Assembly (NCBI GenBank): GCA_964106915.2
Contig: OZ066920.1
Source of the DNA: Podarcis gaigeae
Lineage: Eukaryota
Length of the DNA stretch: 64,000 bases
Reading direction: 5' to 3' (one strand)
The position numbers and the translations under genes are program-made. This document shows, piece by piece, positions 50,613 to 63,002 of the stretch. Below the pieces are notes generated by a model. That model saw only the letters and a list, made by a program, of their open reading frames with translations, was not told the DNA's origin and made no database searches. Positions within the stretch are counted from its first letter, which is position 1. Every line of letters starts with the position of its first letter.

Positions 50613-53015
50613 CATATCAGCATTATCTATCTCAGAATTTAGGATGTTGCCTCCATTGGCAGTCAAAGTCACATTAGAATTATCTGCGGTTTGAACACTG
50701 GGTGTTGGAAAGGTGAACTCCTGTACCCTGGACTCAGAAGATAAGCACAGCTGATAGGAATACGGCAATGTTCCTTCTTCATAGTTTGGTGGGAAAATGA
50801 CCGTGTTGTTTGAATGGGGAACAGGAGCAAAACACTGCAGGAATTTGGGGTTCCCTGATCGCTGAATCTTCATGAGAACGGCCAGAATCACTGTCAGGAG
50901 GAATAAGAATGAAATCAAAGCTAAGGCCAGCACCAAGAAGAACTGTAGATCCGATTGATACTCGGAGTCACTGGGCTGGTGGCTAATTTCCGGAAGTGCC
51001 TCCTGGAAGTTCTCAGCAAACACCAGGTTGAGACTCACAGTAGCAGATAGTGGTGGCTGCCCATTATCCTTGACTAAGATGACGAGCTTCTGCTTCACAG
51101 CATCTCTTTCCAGAAAAGCCCGTGAGGTCCTGATCTCCCCAGTATGGGAACCAATGGAGAACAGCCCAGGTTCTGTTGCCTGGAGCAGATAGTAGGAGAG
51201 CCAAGCGTTGTGTCCAGAGTCAGCATCCACAGCCACCACCTTGGTCACCAGATAACCCTCCTCTGCTGAGCGAGGCACCATCTCAAACAAGGAGGAGCCC
51301 TCTACTCCTTGAGAAGGGTAAAGAATCAGAGGGCTTTGGTCATTCTGGTCCAGAATACACACTCTCACGGTCGCATTGCTGCTGAGGCGGGGGGAGCCTC
51401 CATCTTCGGCCCTCACCTCCACTTGAAACTCCCTGACTTGCTCATAGTCAAAGGAGCGCTGAGCATAGATAGTGCCAGTCTCAGAATTAATGGAGAGGAA
51501 GGACGAGAGAGGCAGCCCCTCAGTCATGCTGTTGCGAATGGAGTAGGTGATTTGAGCATTCTGGTCCACATCTGGGTCGGAGGCTTTGACCCTGAAAATG
51601 GAGGAGCCTGAAGGGTTGTTCTCTGGGACATAGGCAGTATAATAGGGTTTCTCAAAGGCAGGGCAGTTGTCATTGATGTCTGAGATCTGCAGTGTGATGG
51701 TTTTGTATGTGGAAAGAGGGGGGTTGCCTTTGTCTGTGGCTGTGACTGTGATATTGTACTCTGGAGTTCTTTCTCTGTCCAAGGGGGCATCTGTAAGAAG
51801 CTTATAATAATTATTGGAGGCTGATACCATTTTGAATGGCAAATTGTGTTGTAAATCACAAGCAATCTTCCCATTATCTCCAGAGTCTCTATCATTTACA
51901 TTGATAAGGGCTACCAGGGTTCCTACTGCAGAGTCTTCAGGGATGGGGCTGGATAAAGAGGCAAGAATCACTTCTGGCGCATTGTCATTCTCATCTAGGA
52001 GTGAAATTTCAACATTGCATTGAGCGACTAATCCTCCCCCATCTCTTGCTTCCACTGCCATTGCATATTCTTCTATTTCCTCAAAGTCCAGAGCCTCTTT
52101 AAGTGTTATTGTCCCTTCTTGTGGATCCAAGTAGAATTTCTGGTGAGCAATTTCAGGGATGTTACTAAAATTATAGCTGATTTGAGCGTAAGAACCTTTA
52201 TCTCTATCTGTGGCTTTCACCTGGACCACAGAAGACCCTTTGGGGGCATTTTCTTTCAGCTTGACTGTGTATACTTTTTGAGTGAAGACTGGTGGGTTGT
52301 CATTTGCATCAATGACGGTGATCCAAATTTTGGCTGTTCCAGTTTTGGCAGGCTTCCCTCCATCCAGCGCCGTAAGGATTAATTGGAAACTGCCTTCACT
52401 TTCCCGATCCAACTGTTTATTCAATACTAATTCTGCATATTTCTTTCCATCCTTTCTTTCTCTCATTTCCAGAATAAAATACTGATTTGTGCTAAGGTTG
52501 TAATTCTGGAGAGAATTCACCCCAAGATCAGGATCTTCAGCTTGTCCAAGGAGAAATGTGGTGCCTTTTAAAGAGGATTCACTTATCTCCAGCTTGATAT
52601 CCCCTTTTACAAAATATGGTGCATTATCATTAATGTCTTGAATCTCTACAGTTATATGAAAAATATTCATAGGGATGTCAAGCACCACTTCAAAATTGAT
52701 GGAGCAGATTGCAGTTTGACCACATAATTCCTCTCTATCAATCCTCTCCCTTACATACAAATTCCCATTTTCTGCACTGAGAGTGAAATATTGCTTTTTA
52801 CCTAGGGAAAGGATATGCAGATTGCCATTTCCTATTTCTCTGTTATTCAATCTCAGGTCTTTGGCCAGGTTTCCCACAATGGATCCCTTTTCCATTTCTT
52901 CAGGGATGGAATAATGAATGTGCTCTGAGGCAATCTGACCACACAGAGAGAATAGTAAGAGGAGAGGTACTTGCCTTCTTAGGGATCTGCTGTTTTCCTT
53001 CTGCCTATCTTCCAT
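50613..53015 (-). CDS. PCDHGB: Protocadherin gamma-B-like variable exon V9 (subtype Y)
   Basis: 810-aa ORF 50583..53015; donor ATG|GTGAGT at 50613/50612. Confidence 0.95.
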
Positions 53016-53293
53016 TCCTCTTGCAGGGATATGTGCTTTATCTTTGTTTTCTGTGATCCGTTGAGCTGATGAGGAGTTTCACATTCCCATTGGGATGCAG
53101 AAGAGCTCAATGAGGGATGATAAACAAGGCTACTGGTTGCTGTTGAATTTCTGTACTTTGCAGTGGTTTTTGTTTCTCAGCAAAACACTTTGGAAGTCCC
53201 TGTGTTCTGCTGTTTCCCAGCTCTGTGTGACTGAACAATCACATTGCAGAAGCAGCAAATCACTGGATTTTCAGTTCCACTGTGAGAACTATG

Positions 53294-53335
53294 TTGGTCA
53301 ACAGCGGCACTCTGAGTCTCAGATGAGGAACTGCA
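53294..53335 (-). promoter_or_regulatory. CSE/CTCF-type promoter element of V9 (CGCT core)
   Basis: Identical to the V7 element. Confidence 0.82.
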
Positions 53336-54915
53336 GGAGGTGTCTTATGTCTTCAGCAAATAAAATATAAGGGATTTCTTGCCGCTTTCTTGTATATGTG
53401 GGTGGCAAGTAAAACATATAATGTCCTTTGTGATTTTGCAAAAGCAACAACCCAGAATGTATTTTTTATATTTTGTCATTACAACCCACAGTAACTCAAA
53501 TTCTTTAGAGTATCAATAACATAGAGGAGAAGTCATCACATCTCCATCTTCCTGCTTACTGTGAGAAACTTGAGATAATGTTACAAAAGGCTTCCAGGAC
53601 TTGCAACAACTTTTTTCATTTAAATAAATATAATGTCTTCAATAAAGCTTCTTTGAGTATGGCAGAGGTATGCATTTTAAATACTTGCAATATGATTCTA
53701 CTGTAGAATAAGAATATTAATATTTCCATTTTGTATACAGGCCTCCCCCCCCCCCCCCATTTACGTGATATCGACCTGCACCCAACTATGTATATGTGTG
53801 GTTTTGGGAAACAATTAAATAATTCAATTCAAACCTGGAAATGCCATAAGAGAGCTGAAATGTCCACGTGGCTTGCAAGAAAACCGTCCCTGGAGCCCAA
53901 AGAGGACAGCAATGAGGGCAGAGGAAGCCCAGAAGAGACTAGAGGCACAGAGAGGCTTTGTTTAGGCTGCTCAGCTTCCTTGCCTAACAGCTGATGTGTG
54001 GGGTAGCTAGCAGCAGCTGCTTTCCCATGCATCCTGCAGCCTCCTGCCAGCCTGCCATGCTACAGATGTATGTATGACATTCAGTTAAATCTGGTTGATT
54101 TGCATGTAGAGTATCTGTTTGACACACACTTACAGATATGTGTTTTTTGACGGCTTCTTGCCAATGTTCCCCATATCTTTTTGTCAGTCAGTGACCTTTA
54201 GGGACTATGTACCTAGTTACTTTGGCATATGTAACTGCTTACTGCAACATTTATGAAGTGCTAGTGGTGAGTGAATTTAAGAAACCTGAGCTATGTTATT
54301 CTGTCAACTTCTTACCATAAGTATTTAGGTAGACTTGCTAGACACACATGGATTAGTAACATATTTCCAGCTACTAAGAATGCTGCAGGTTTCTTGACCT
54401 GCAGTCCTTCAGTGAGAATGAGAATAAGGTCAGGCTTAGCCTAACAGATATATCTGCCCACAAGCCTGTCCATGAACATATAACTTGTCTTCCATCCTTA
54501 GCTCTTGTTCCTTTATCTGCAGCCCATCTAGGAGACCTTCCTCTGGTCCTTGCTTGCTTGATTTGGCCGAGATTTGACCAAATTATAATTTAGCACTATA
54601 GCCCTAACATGTGACATAATTATAATGGTGATTGTCTGGCACCATTTAATTTTGTTAACTAAAAAGAAAAAGAAAATAAGATGTTGGTATAGCAAACTTG
54701 GCTACAAAATAATCTTAGATTAAAATCAACGACAAGTGTTGCACTTTCTGAGAGCAACCTAAAATGAAGAATATTCTACAACCTCTTAATTGCCAATTGC
54801 TGAAAGGTATATAGCAGCTAGAGTAACCTACATGTAAACAATAATATTTCCATTATAGTTATGGTTAAAAATTATTGAAAATACAGCACAAATAATTTTT
54901 GAAAAGAGAATTTAC

Positions 54916-57336
54916 CTTGTCATTATTAACTTTGTCCAAATGCAAATTGCTTTCACTTCTCCCTGTGAAAGGAACATCAGATTTCTCCCCGCTAAGAATA
55001 TTGTCTGCCATCTGAACATTGGGTGTCAGGAAGGCAAACTCATTCTTCCTGGTCTCAGAAGACAGACACAGCTGGTAGGAATAGGGCAAAGTCCCATCTT
55101 CAAAGTTGGGTGGGAAGATGGCACCATTCTTGGAATGGGGAACAGGACCAAAGCACTGTAGGAACCTGGGATGCCCTGATTGACGGAGCTTCATTGTAAC
55201 GGCCAGAATCACAGTCAAGAGGAACAAGAAGGAGATCACAGCTAAGGCCAGCACCAAGTAGAACTGCAGGTCAGACTGATACTCCGAGCTGCTGGGTTGG
55301 CTCTTCATTTCCGGAAGGGCCTCCTGAAAGTTCTCAGCAAACACCAGGTTCAGAGTCATGGTGGCCGAGAGAGACGGCTGCCCGTTATCCTTCACCATAA
55401 TGACCAGTCTCTGTTTCACAGCATCTCTCTCCACAAAGGCCCTGGCAGTCCTGATCTCTCCAGTATGAGAACCAACCGCGAAGAGTGCCGGCTCAGTGGC
55501 CTGAGTCAGGTGGTAGGAGAGCCAGGCGTTGTGTCCAGAATCTGCATCCACGGCCACCACCTTGGTGACAAGATAATCTGCTCCGGCCGAACGAGGCACC
55601 ATCTCAAACAAGGCTGAGCCCTTGGCTTCTTGTGAGGGGGACAGGATACGAGGGCTGTTATCATTCCTGTCAAGAACAAACACCCTGACGCTCACATTGG
55701 TGCTGAGAGGGGGAGAACCCCCATCTTGGGCCTTCACTTGCAGCCGGAACTCTCTGAATTGTTCATAGTCAAAGGATCTCTGGGCATAGATGGTGCCGGT
55801 CTCTGAATTAATGGAGATATAGGAGGAGATGGGAAGCTCCTCGATGTTGCTGTTGAGGATGGAGTATGTGATCCGTGAGTTCTGGTCCATATCGGGATCA
55901 GAGGCTTTGATGGTGAAAATGGAGGCACCTGAAGGATTGTTTTCTGGCACATAGATGTTGTAGGATGGCTTCTGAAAGGTAGGGGCATTATCATTGATAT
56001 CAGCAATCAAAAGTGTGATAGATTTATGTGAGGAGAGAGGGGGAGTGCCATTGTCAGAGGCTGTTACTGAGATATTGTACTCTAGAGTTATTTCTCTGTC
56101 AAGTGGACTATCTGTCAGGAGCTTGTAGTAATTGTTAGATGAGGGAAGAATTCTGAAGGGCAGATCATCCTGTAAATAGCAAGTGACCTTTCCATTATCT
56201 CCACTATCTTTGTCATTCAAATTGATCAGAGCTATTAAGGTACCAGGCAGAGTATCTTCAGAGACTGGGCTAAACAAGGAAACCAGGGTTACCTCGGGGT
56301 AATTGTCATTCTCATCAATAACTCTTATTTCAACTTTACAATGTGTCTCTAACCCACCCCCATCTTTTGCTGCAACTGTCAAAGTGTATTCTTTGGTTTC
56401 CTCAAAATCCAGTAGCCCTATAAGTAGGATTGAGCCATTCAATGGATCTAGACTGAATTTCTTGTTGGCATTCTGTGGTATATTGCTAAAATGATACCTG
56501 ATTTGGGCGTATGAACCTTCATCATTATCAGATGCTGTAACCTGGAGCACAAGCGATCCAACTGCAACACTTTCCCTCAAACTGACCTTGTACACCTCTT
56601 GAGTGAAAACAGGTGGGTTGTCATTGGCATCTGTGACATTAATCCATATCTGGGCAGTCCCAGTTTTTCTAGGCTCACCCCCATCCAACGCTGTGAGGAT
56701 CAAGTGAAGGGTCTGTTCGGTCTCTCGATCTAATGGTTTCTGCAGCACTAAATCTGCAAATTTATTTCCATCATGAGTCTCTTTAACATCCAGAGTAAAA
56801 TACTGATTTGAGCTCAGCTGGTAATTCTGGAGCGAATTCATCCCTATGTCAGGATCTTCAGCTTTCCCAAGGAGAAATCTGGTGCCTGGCAAAGTGGATT
56901 CCACAATCTCTAAGTTGATATTAATTTTCAAAAAATGTGGAGTATTGTCATTAATATCCTGAATTTCCACAGTTATATGGAAAACATTTAAGGGATTTTC
57001 AATCACCACCTCAAAATTAACCAGGCAGAGTGGAGTTTTGTCACATATTTCCTCTCTATCAATCCTATCATTTACATAGAGGTTTCCATTTTCTGCATTG
57101 ATATTGAAATACTGCATTTTATTCACAGAGACAGCATGCAGATTGCGCCTTCCTAGATCTCTGGCATTCATTCCCAAATCCTTGGCCAGATTCCCCACAA
57201 TCGAACCCTTTGCCATCTCCTCAGGGATAGAATAGCGAATCTGTTCTGAGGCAGCGCAGCAGGAGAAAGGCAAAAATAAGAGAAGCAGTACTTGCCTTCT
57301 GAGTGCCTTGCCATCCTCTTTCTGCCTTCTGTCCAT
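54916..57336 (-). CDS. PCDHGB: Protocadherin gamma-B-like variable exon V10 (subtype X)
   Basis: ORF 54865..57402; ATG of MDRRQKEDG at 57336 aligns with paralog starts; donor AAG|GTAAAT at 54916/54915. Confidence 0.95.
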
Positions 57337-57567
57337 TCTGTTTTCTGCTAAAATACTTTTCCAGCTTGTTTTGAACAGGTTTCTCAGCAGAACAAGAGAC
57401 AAACCCTTTAGATAGAATAATCTCGCTTTTTCTTACTGTATTTAAACCAGTAGTATTTTCAGCTTCTCAGCTAGACTGTCCTTCCTTTGTGCTCTGCTGT
57501 TTCCATTATCTGTGCAGTTGCTTTGAGGTATCACAGTATAGGAAGTATCTGTGAATCTGCATCTAGA

Positions 57568-57609
57568 TTGGCTAACAGTGACACTACGAGGTTTAGACAG
57601 AGAACTGCA
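57568..57609 (-). promoter_or_regulatory. CSE/CTCF-type promoter element of V10 (CACT variant)
   Basis: ttggctaacagtgacactacgagg...gagaactgca. Confidence 0.78.
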
Positions 57610-57984
57610 TGAGATGCAGTCCCAGTTAATGTGAATGAATAGAGATTTTGATTTGGATTTCATACCAATATAGTTTATTTTAAGTTAACTGAACAAGGCA
57701 CCCCCTGAAGTGTGACCTAGTGGTTTTATTCAATATTAATTGTACAAGTGTAGAAATCTTTTGAAAATTGTTTTTGGAGTCTCTTAAACTTTGTATTTTT
57801 TCTTTCCTTTTTTAAAATACCAGTTCAATGGCGTCAGGCTGGGACAGTGTTTATAAATCTGTAAATTAAATAAATAAAACAAATGAACATGCCTCCTAGC
57901 TCTACTGCAGCTTTCCCATGTCCTTGCAGGTGCCACACATGGCACAAAGAAGCCATTCTGTGGCATGTTGTGTTGTATGGATCT

Positions 57985-58130
57985 GGGATAGCTCAGTTAG
58001 TAGAGCATAAGACTCTTAATCTTAGGCTCATGGGTTTGAGCCCCACATTGGGCAAAAATTCCTGCACTGCAGGGGTTGGACTAGATGACCCTCATGGTCC
58101 CTTCCAACTCAACAATTATATGATTCTATG
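57985..58130 (+). mobile_element. tRNA(Lys)-like SINE with CR1-like 3' tail
   Basis: gggatagctcagttagtagagcataagactcttaatct... then ggtcccttccaactc...tgattctatg. Confidence 0.75.
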
Positions 58131-59623
58131 GATCATCGTTTGCTTGTTTCACAGAGGCCATGAGTGGTAAGACAGTAAGAAGTCTGGAAGATATGTTGGC
58201 TTCACACAACAAATTCTTACTATGGCTTGCTTGTGCTGCATATAGTGCCCACAGGGGCGGGAGTAAGCCATGATTTAAAACAAACTATGGCTTAGCATGA
58301 TGTGCAAAGCAGCATATTATGTAGATATGTATATTTTAGGTCTGGATCAATGGGATGCAAAACAGGTGACTTCCTAGGGCAGTTTGCAATCTAAGATATC
58401 TCCTCAACTATCTTCTGAACAGATGAAACAAATAGTACAAGATGTTTGTCACTTTAAAACCTGGCAACGTTGACCTGCGTGCTCAGTATTGTATTAACAT
58501 TCCTATTGTTGTTGTGTGTTTTTAATTCACATGAAAAATATATAACATAGGTGCCCATTCAACTAATGTTTGTATGCAAAAAGTTTCCTGCTCACATGGA
58601 AGAACTACATGTCACTGTGGAGGGCGGTACATGCACTTCCGTCAGACTCTTTATTTCCTCACAATGTCTCCCACCAACATTTCTAAAGTAAAGTTTTGAT
58701 ACACATTGGCACTGTCTATAAAACTTCCAAAAACAAATTTGGATACGCTTTCTCATCTTTACAGTCACATTTTTCTTACAACATCTCTTCTCCACCTAAG
58801 ACAACAACAAAAATATAGTAAGGGGAAGGGCAAATCGCATTACCCTGGTATCTCTCTAATAACAGAACTCTGGTTTTATTCTGAAGATCTTTTGGTCTCA
58901 TGGCACTGAACGTCTAAATGTCCCTACATTGCATGGTCAGATAATAACGCTTCATAGGGCTTATAGAGCACAAAGGTAAAGAAAAACAAAGCAACTATCT
59001 TGTGAAGAGTTGTAAGATTTGAAGAGAATCTGAACATGCCCCAGCATTGTTACTACTGCTACTGTTAATGCACAATTAGATGTCACAGGCTCCAACAAAA
59101 AGCAGCAGTCCCCCCTGCCCCGCCAAATATATTGTTATGAGTTTGTGGGTGCCAGACTCCCCTAAATTCCTGGACCCAACACAGGTTAAAATGTAAGACA
59201 GGTGAGCTTCCTTATGAAGTAATCACCTGGGAGATGAGCCATTAAGAGAGAACAAAGGAACAACAATGGGCCGTTAAGAAAGCAAAAGCTGTGGGATAGA
59301 TGGCAATTGGGTGGGCACCTCCGCACCCTCAACTCAGATTTAGAAGACAAAGCCAGAGTTTTACAGTAGAGTTTAGGATTGGAGTGGAATGAAACAAGGC
59401 AGCACTATTACATGGGAGGCTGGTATGCATCTTCTCTATTACATCTAGTCTTGATAGTCTTAAAAAAATTAAAAACCACCTCCTCAGTCAATGTTCAAAA
59501 TCTGGAAGGAAAGGGGGCCCTTAATTAATCACACATCACCACTCCTTCACTCCCAGAAAAATTAGTCAGATAACACCCACACCCATAGAACTAAAACAGA
59601 ACTAAAATAGAACTACTAACAGA

Positions 59624-59762
59624 ATAACTGAAGAAGTGTGTGCTTGCACACGAAAGCTCATACCAATAACAAACTTAGTTGGTCTCTAAGGTGCTACTGG
59701 AAGGATTTTTTTTATTTTATTTTTACTATGGCGGACCAACACGGCTACCTAACTGTAACTAG
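59624..59762 (+). mobile_element. Short 3'-end fragment of a second Penelope-like family carrying a hammerhead core
   Basis: ctgaaga-a-gtgtg(tgcttg)cacac-gaaa-gctc followed by ...ttagttggtctctaaggtgc..., recalled as a reptile PLE end; possible TSD tactaacaga at 59614-59623 and 59763-59772. Confidence 0.65.
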
Positions 59763-60146
59763 TACTAACAGAGCCATCACAAAAGGTAACAAACCTAAAT
59801 CAGATGCTCAATAAAGAAGAGATGTTGTTAGGACTCCCAGGATGGGTTTGAGAGCCAGAGCACAATGGTACCTTCACCTGCTGGTATATATGGCACCTTC
59901 ACCTTATATACTGAGGCAGTTTCACCCCAGTGCCTCACATGGCTAGGCCTAAGGCAGCTCGTTCCTCGCTCCGCTTTTCAACATTGCAATGTATCTCTAT
60001 ATCACAATGTCTGGTTGGTGATACACGGCTATGTTGAAAAGCTGGTAACGCCCAACCCTGGACATTGTATGACCTCCACGTAAGCTTTGTACAAGCAAAT
60101 CAGGCAGTAAGACCGAAGAAAGGCATGGATTAGATAGATCTCTAAG

Positions 60147-60354
60147 AACTGTGAGACAGTAACAGTTATTAGGAATTTCTGCAGCTGTGAACCTTGAGTG
60201 CAAATAACACAAGAGGAAAGTTAAGAACATGAAACAAAGCCCATTCCAATAACCAGGTAGGCTAAAGATCAGCAGGAGCTAAGGTGCTGCTCAGATCTGA
60301 AAGGGTGGCAGGGATGGTGTCAGCCAGCAACATAGTCACAATGGCTGAAACAGA
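60147..60354 (-). pseudogene. Degenerate relic of a Pcdh gamma-A exon (end of EC6, TM, juxtamembrane)
   Basis: Aligns by eye to V2 ~5434-5690 (gcagggatggtgtcagccagca, caggagct, accaggtag, taacacaag, gaatttct) with several deletions. Confidence 0.8.
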
Positions 60355-60578
60355 TAAATCCTAAGCTGATTTATTTAAAATATGCCCTAAATTTAAATAC
60401 AGTATTTATTTGAAACAATAAACTAATTGCTTCATTATATATTGAACCTCAAACACCCTATTTCTTTACATCTTTGTTATAAAAAGCATAAACAGGCTTT
60501 CTCTAGGTTTTGTCATGCAATAATATAATATTGAATATTGAATAAAGGAAACCAAAGTCTTGACATTTATGTACTCGC

Positions 60579-63002
60579 CTGATGGATTGCTGCCTCCTCC
60601 GAAACTGTGTTAGAGTCACCTATAACTAACAAAGGGCCTGGCTTATCAGGAGCCTGTTGTGGTGTCAGAGTATTGGTACAACTTCCGATTGGAAAAAGAA
60701 TCTGACTTTTCCGAGAGCCTGAAGTCAGTGAAACCTCGTGGCAATAAGACTGAAGAAATGCCCGGACACCATCAATCCCCACAAACTGGGAGATGGGAGC
60801 ACCATCCAAATGCACACTTCCATTGTCACACAACTGAGAATTTTTCCACCTGCGAAGTTTGAGTGCCAGTAACACAAGGAGGAAGGCGAGGAACAAGCAG
60901 GAGACAAAAGCCACTGCAGTCACCAAGTAGTAGGTGAGATCTGACTGTGGGTCTTCAGATATTGGGACACTGCTCAGATCAGTCAGCATGTCAGGGATGC
61001 TGTCAGCCAAGACCACAGTGACAGTGACTGAAGCTGACATTGGAGGCTGCCCATTGTCCTTGACTAAAACCACCAGGCTTTGCTTGAGGGCATCTTTCTC
61101 CAGAAAGAACCGGGCTGTCCTGATCTCTCCCGTGTGGAGTCCCAGAGTGAAGAGCCCTGGCTCGGTGGCCTTGATCAGCTGGTAGGAGAGCCAGGCATTC
61201 TGGCCAGAGTCCGCATCCACGGCCACCACCTTAGTGACCAGGTAGCCTGGCTCAGAGGAGCGAGGGGCCAGCTCTATCCCCGTGGAGCCGTCGGTGGGAG
61301 GGGAGGGGTAAAGGATTTGGGGAGCATTGTCATTCTGGTCCAGGATGAAGAGAGTCACTGAGATGTTGGAGCTGAGTGGTGGAGAACCTCCATCCTGAGC
61401 CTTGACTAGGAACTTAATTTCTTGAAACTCTTCATAATCAAAGGAGCTCAAGGCATAAACAACCCCAGTTTCAGAGTTAATGGAGAGATATGAGGAGAGA
61501 GGGGGTGTACTGATCTGACTTTCAGTGATGGAATATGTTATTCTGGAATTCTCTTCCCAGTCCGGATCACTTGCTTTCAGAGAAAAGACTGAGGCACCTC
61601 TTGGATTATTTTCTAGGAGATAAGAGGTGTAGGCTGACTGTAAAAAGACAGGGGGGTTGTCATTTGTGTCTAACAGCTGTAGTGAAATAATTGCAGAGGT
61701 TGATAATGTTGGAGTCCCATTATCAGTTGCTGTAATAGTGATATCATAGGTGGTCACTTGTTCCCTGTCAAGGGCTCTGTCTGTCATTAAAGTGTAAAAG
61801 TTGTCCATTGTTTTTTTAAGTTGGAAAGGAAGGCTATTGGGAATTGAGCACATAACCTCCCCATTGACTCCTGAATCTTTGTCTTGGACATTTAAAATGG
61901 CAATGACAGTTCCAGTTTGTGAATTCTCAGGGACAGAGTTGAGTTCAAAAGTTATTGTTATTTCAGGTGCGTTGTCATTCAAGTCTGTAACAGGGATCAC
62001 AACCTTTGATCTGTCACTTAGACCGCCCCCATCCATGGCTTGCACCTCAAATTCATATAAGGATGATTCCTCAAAATCAAGATTCCCAGTAAGGATGATT
62101 TCGCCAGTTGTGGAATTTAACAGAAACATTTGAGAGTCCCTTTTTGTGATTTGTTGGATAGAGTATTTTATATCTCCATTGATTCCTTCATCCATATCAG
62201 TCGCTCTCACTGTAGAAAGTGTGGACCACTTGGGAATATTCTCATTCACACTCACTTCATAAAGAGGTTGAGTGAAAACAGGTGCATTGTCATTTGCATC
62301 AAGAACAATGATGTGGATTTGTACTGTGCCAGACCTGATGGGATCACCTCCATCAGTAGTTGTGAGGAGTAGATCATAATCTGGTTGCTCTTCCCTGTCC
62401 AGAAGTTTCTCCAATAACAACTCAGCACGTCTGACACCGTTCTGTCCTGTTTTTACATGCAAAGAAAAATGGCTACTGCCTGTGAGTTGGTAGCTCTGTA
62501 TAGAATTTATCCCCAGATCCGGATCCTGAGCTTCAGGAAGAGGGAAGTGGGACCCAGGTGTAGACAATTCACTGATTTTTAGTTCCCATCCATTCAACAG
62601 AAAGAAGGGAGCATTATCATTTATATCCATGATTTCTACTTCAACAACATAAAGCTTTAAGTTGCTCTCAGCAATAACTTGAAACTTTAAGATGCACATT
62701 TCTGCCCTTCCACAGATTTTCTCTCTGTCTATTCTCTCAGAGGTTTGTAAATGACCAGTATTGAAATTCAGTTCAAAATACTGAATCATACCTGTACTAG
62801 TTACAATGCGGAGTCCATGGTCCAAAAGCTGCTTCCGATCTATCCCCAAGTCCTTTGCAATATTCCCCACAAATGAGCTTTTCTGCATCTCCTCTGGAAT
62901 GGAGTAGTGGATCTGTCCAGAAACTGCCTTCCAAATATTCACCATTAGAAGGCATGGTATGATTATTTCTTTGTAACTCCAAGGCCTCTGTTTTCCTTCC
63001 AT
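60579..63002 (-). CDS. PCDHGA: Protocadherin gamma-A-like variable exon V11
   Basis: 811-aa ORF 60567..63002 with the gammaA signature; probable donor is non-canonical CAG|GCGAGT at 60579/60578. Confidence 0.94.

Noticed and set aside
18182-55617. Recurrent antisense and alternate-frame ORFs inside exons ([10 protein letters not shown]..., MPGADSRR..., MIETLE...)
   Set aside because: They recur because the underlying Pcdh sequence is homogenised; several use non-ATG starts and there is no independent coding evidence.
57985-58055. Functional tRNA-Lys gene (also tRNA-like heads near 14862 and 37170)
   Set aside because: Degenerate T-arm/B box, fused to SINE bodies or LINE-like tails; these are SINEs.
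5190-63002. Assigning numbered human orthologs, or calling the exons single-exon Pcdh-beta genes
   Set aside because: Lineage-specific duplication and conversion prevent one-to-one naming; conserved donors and gammaA/gammaB signatures argue against beta.
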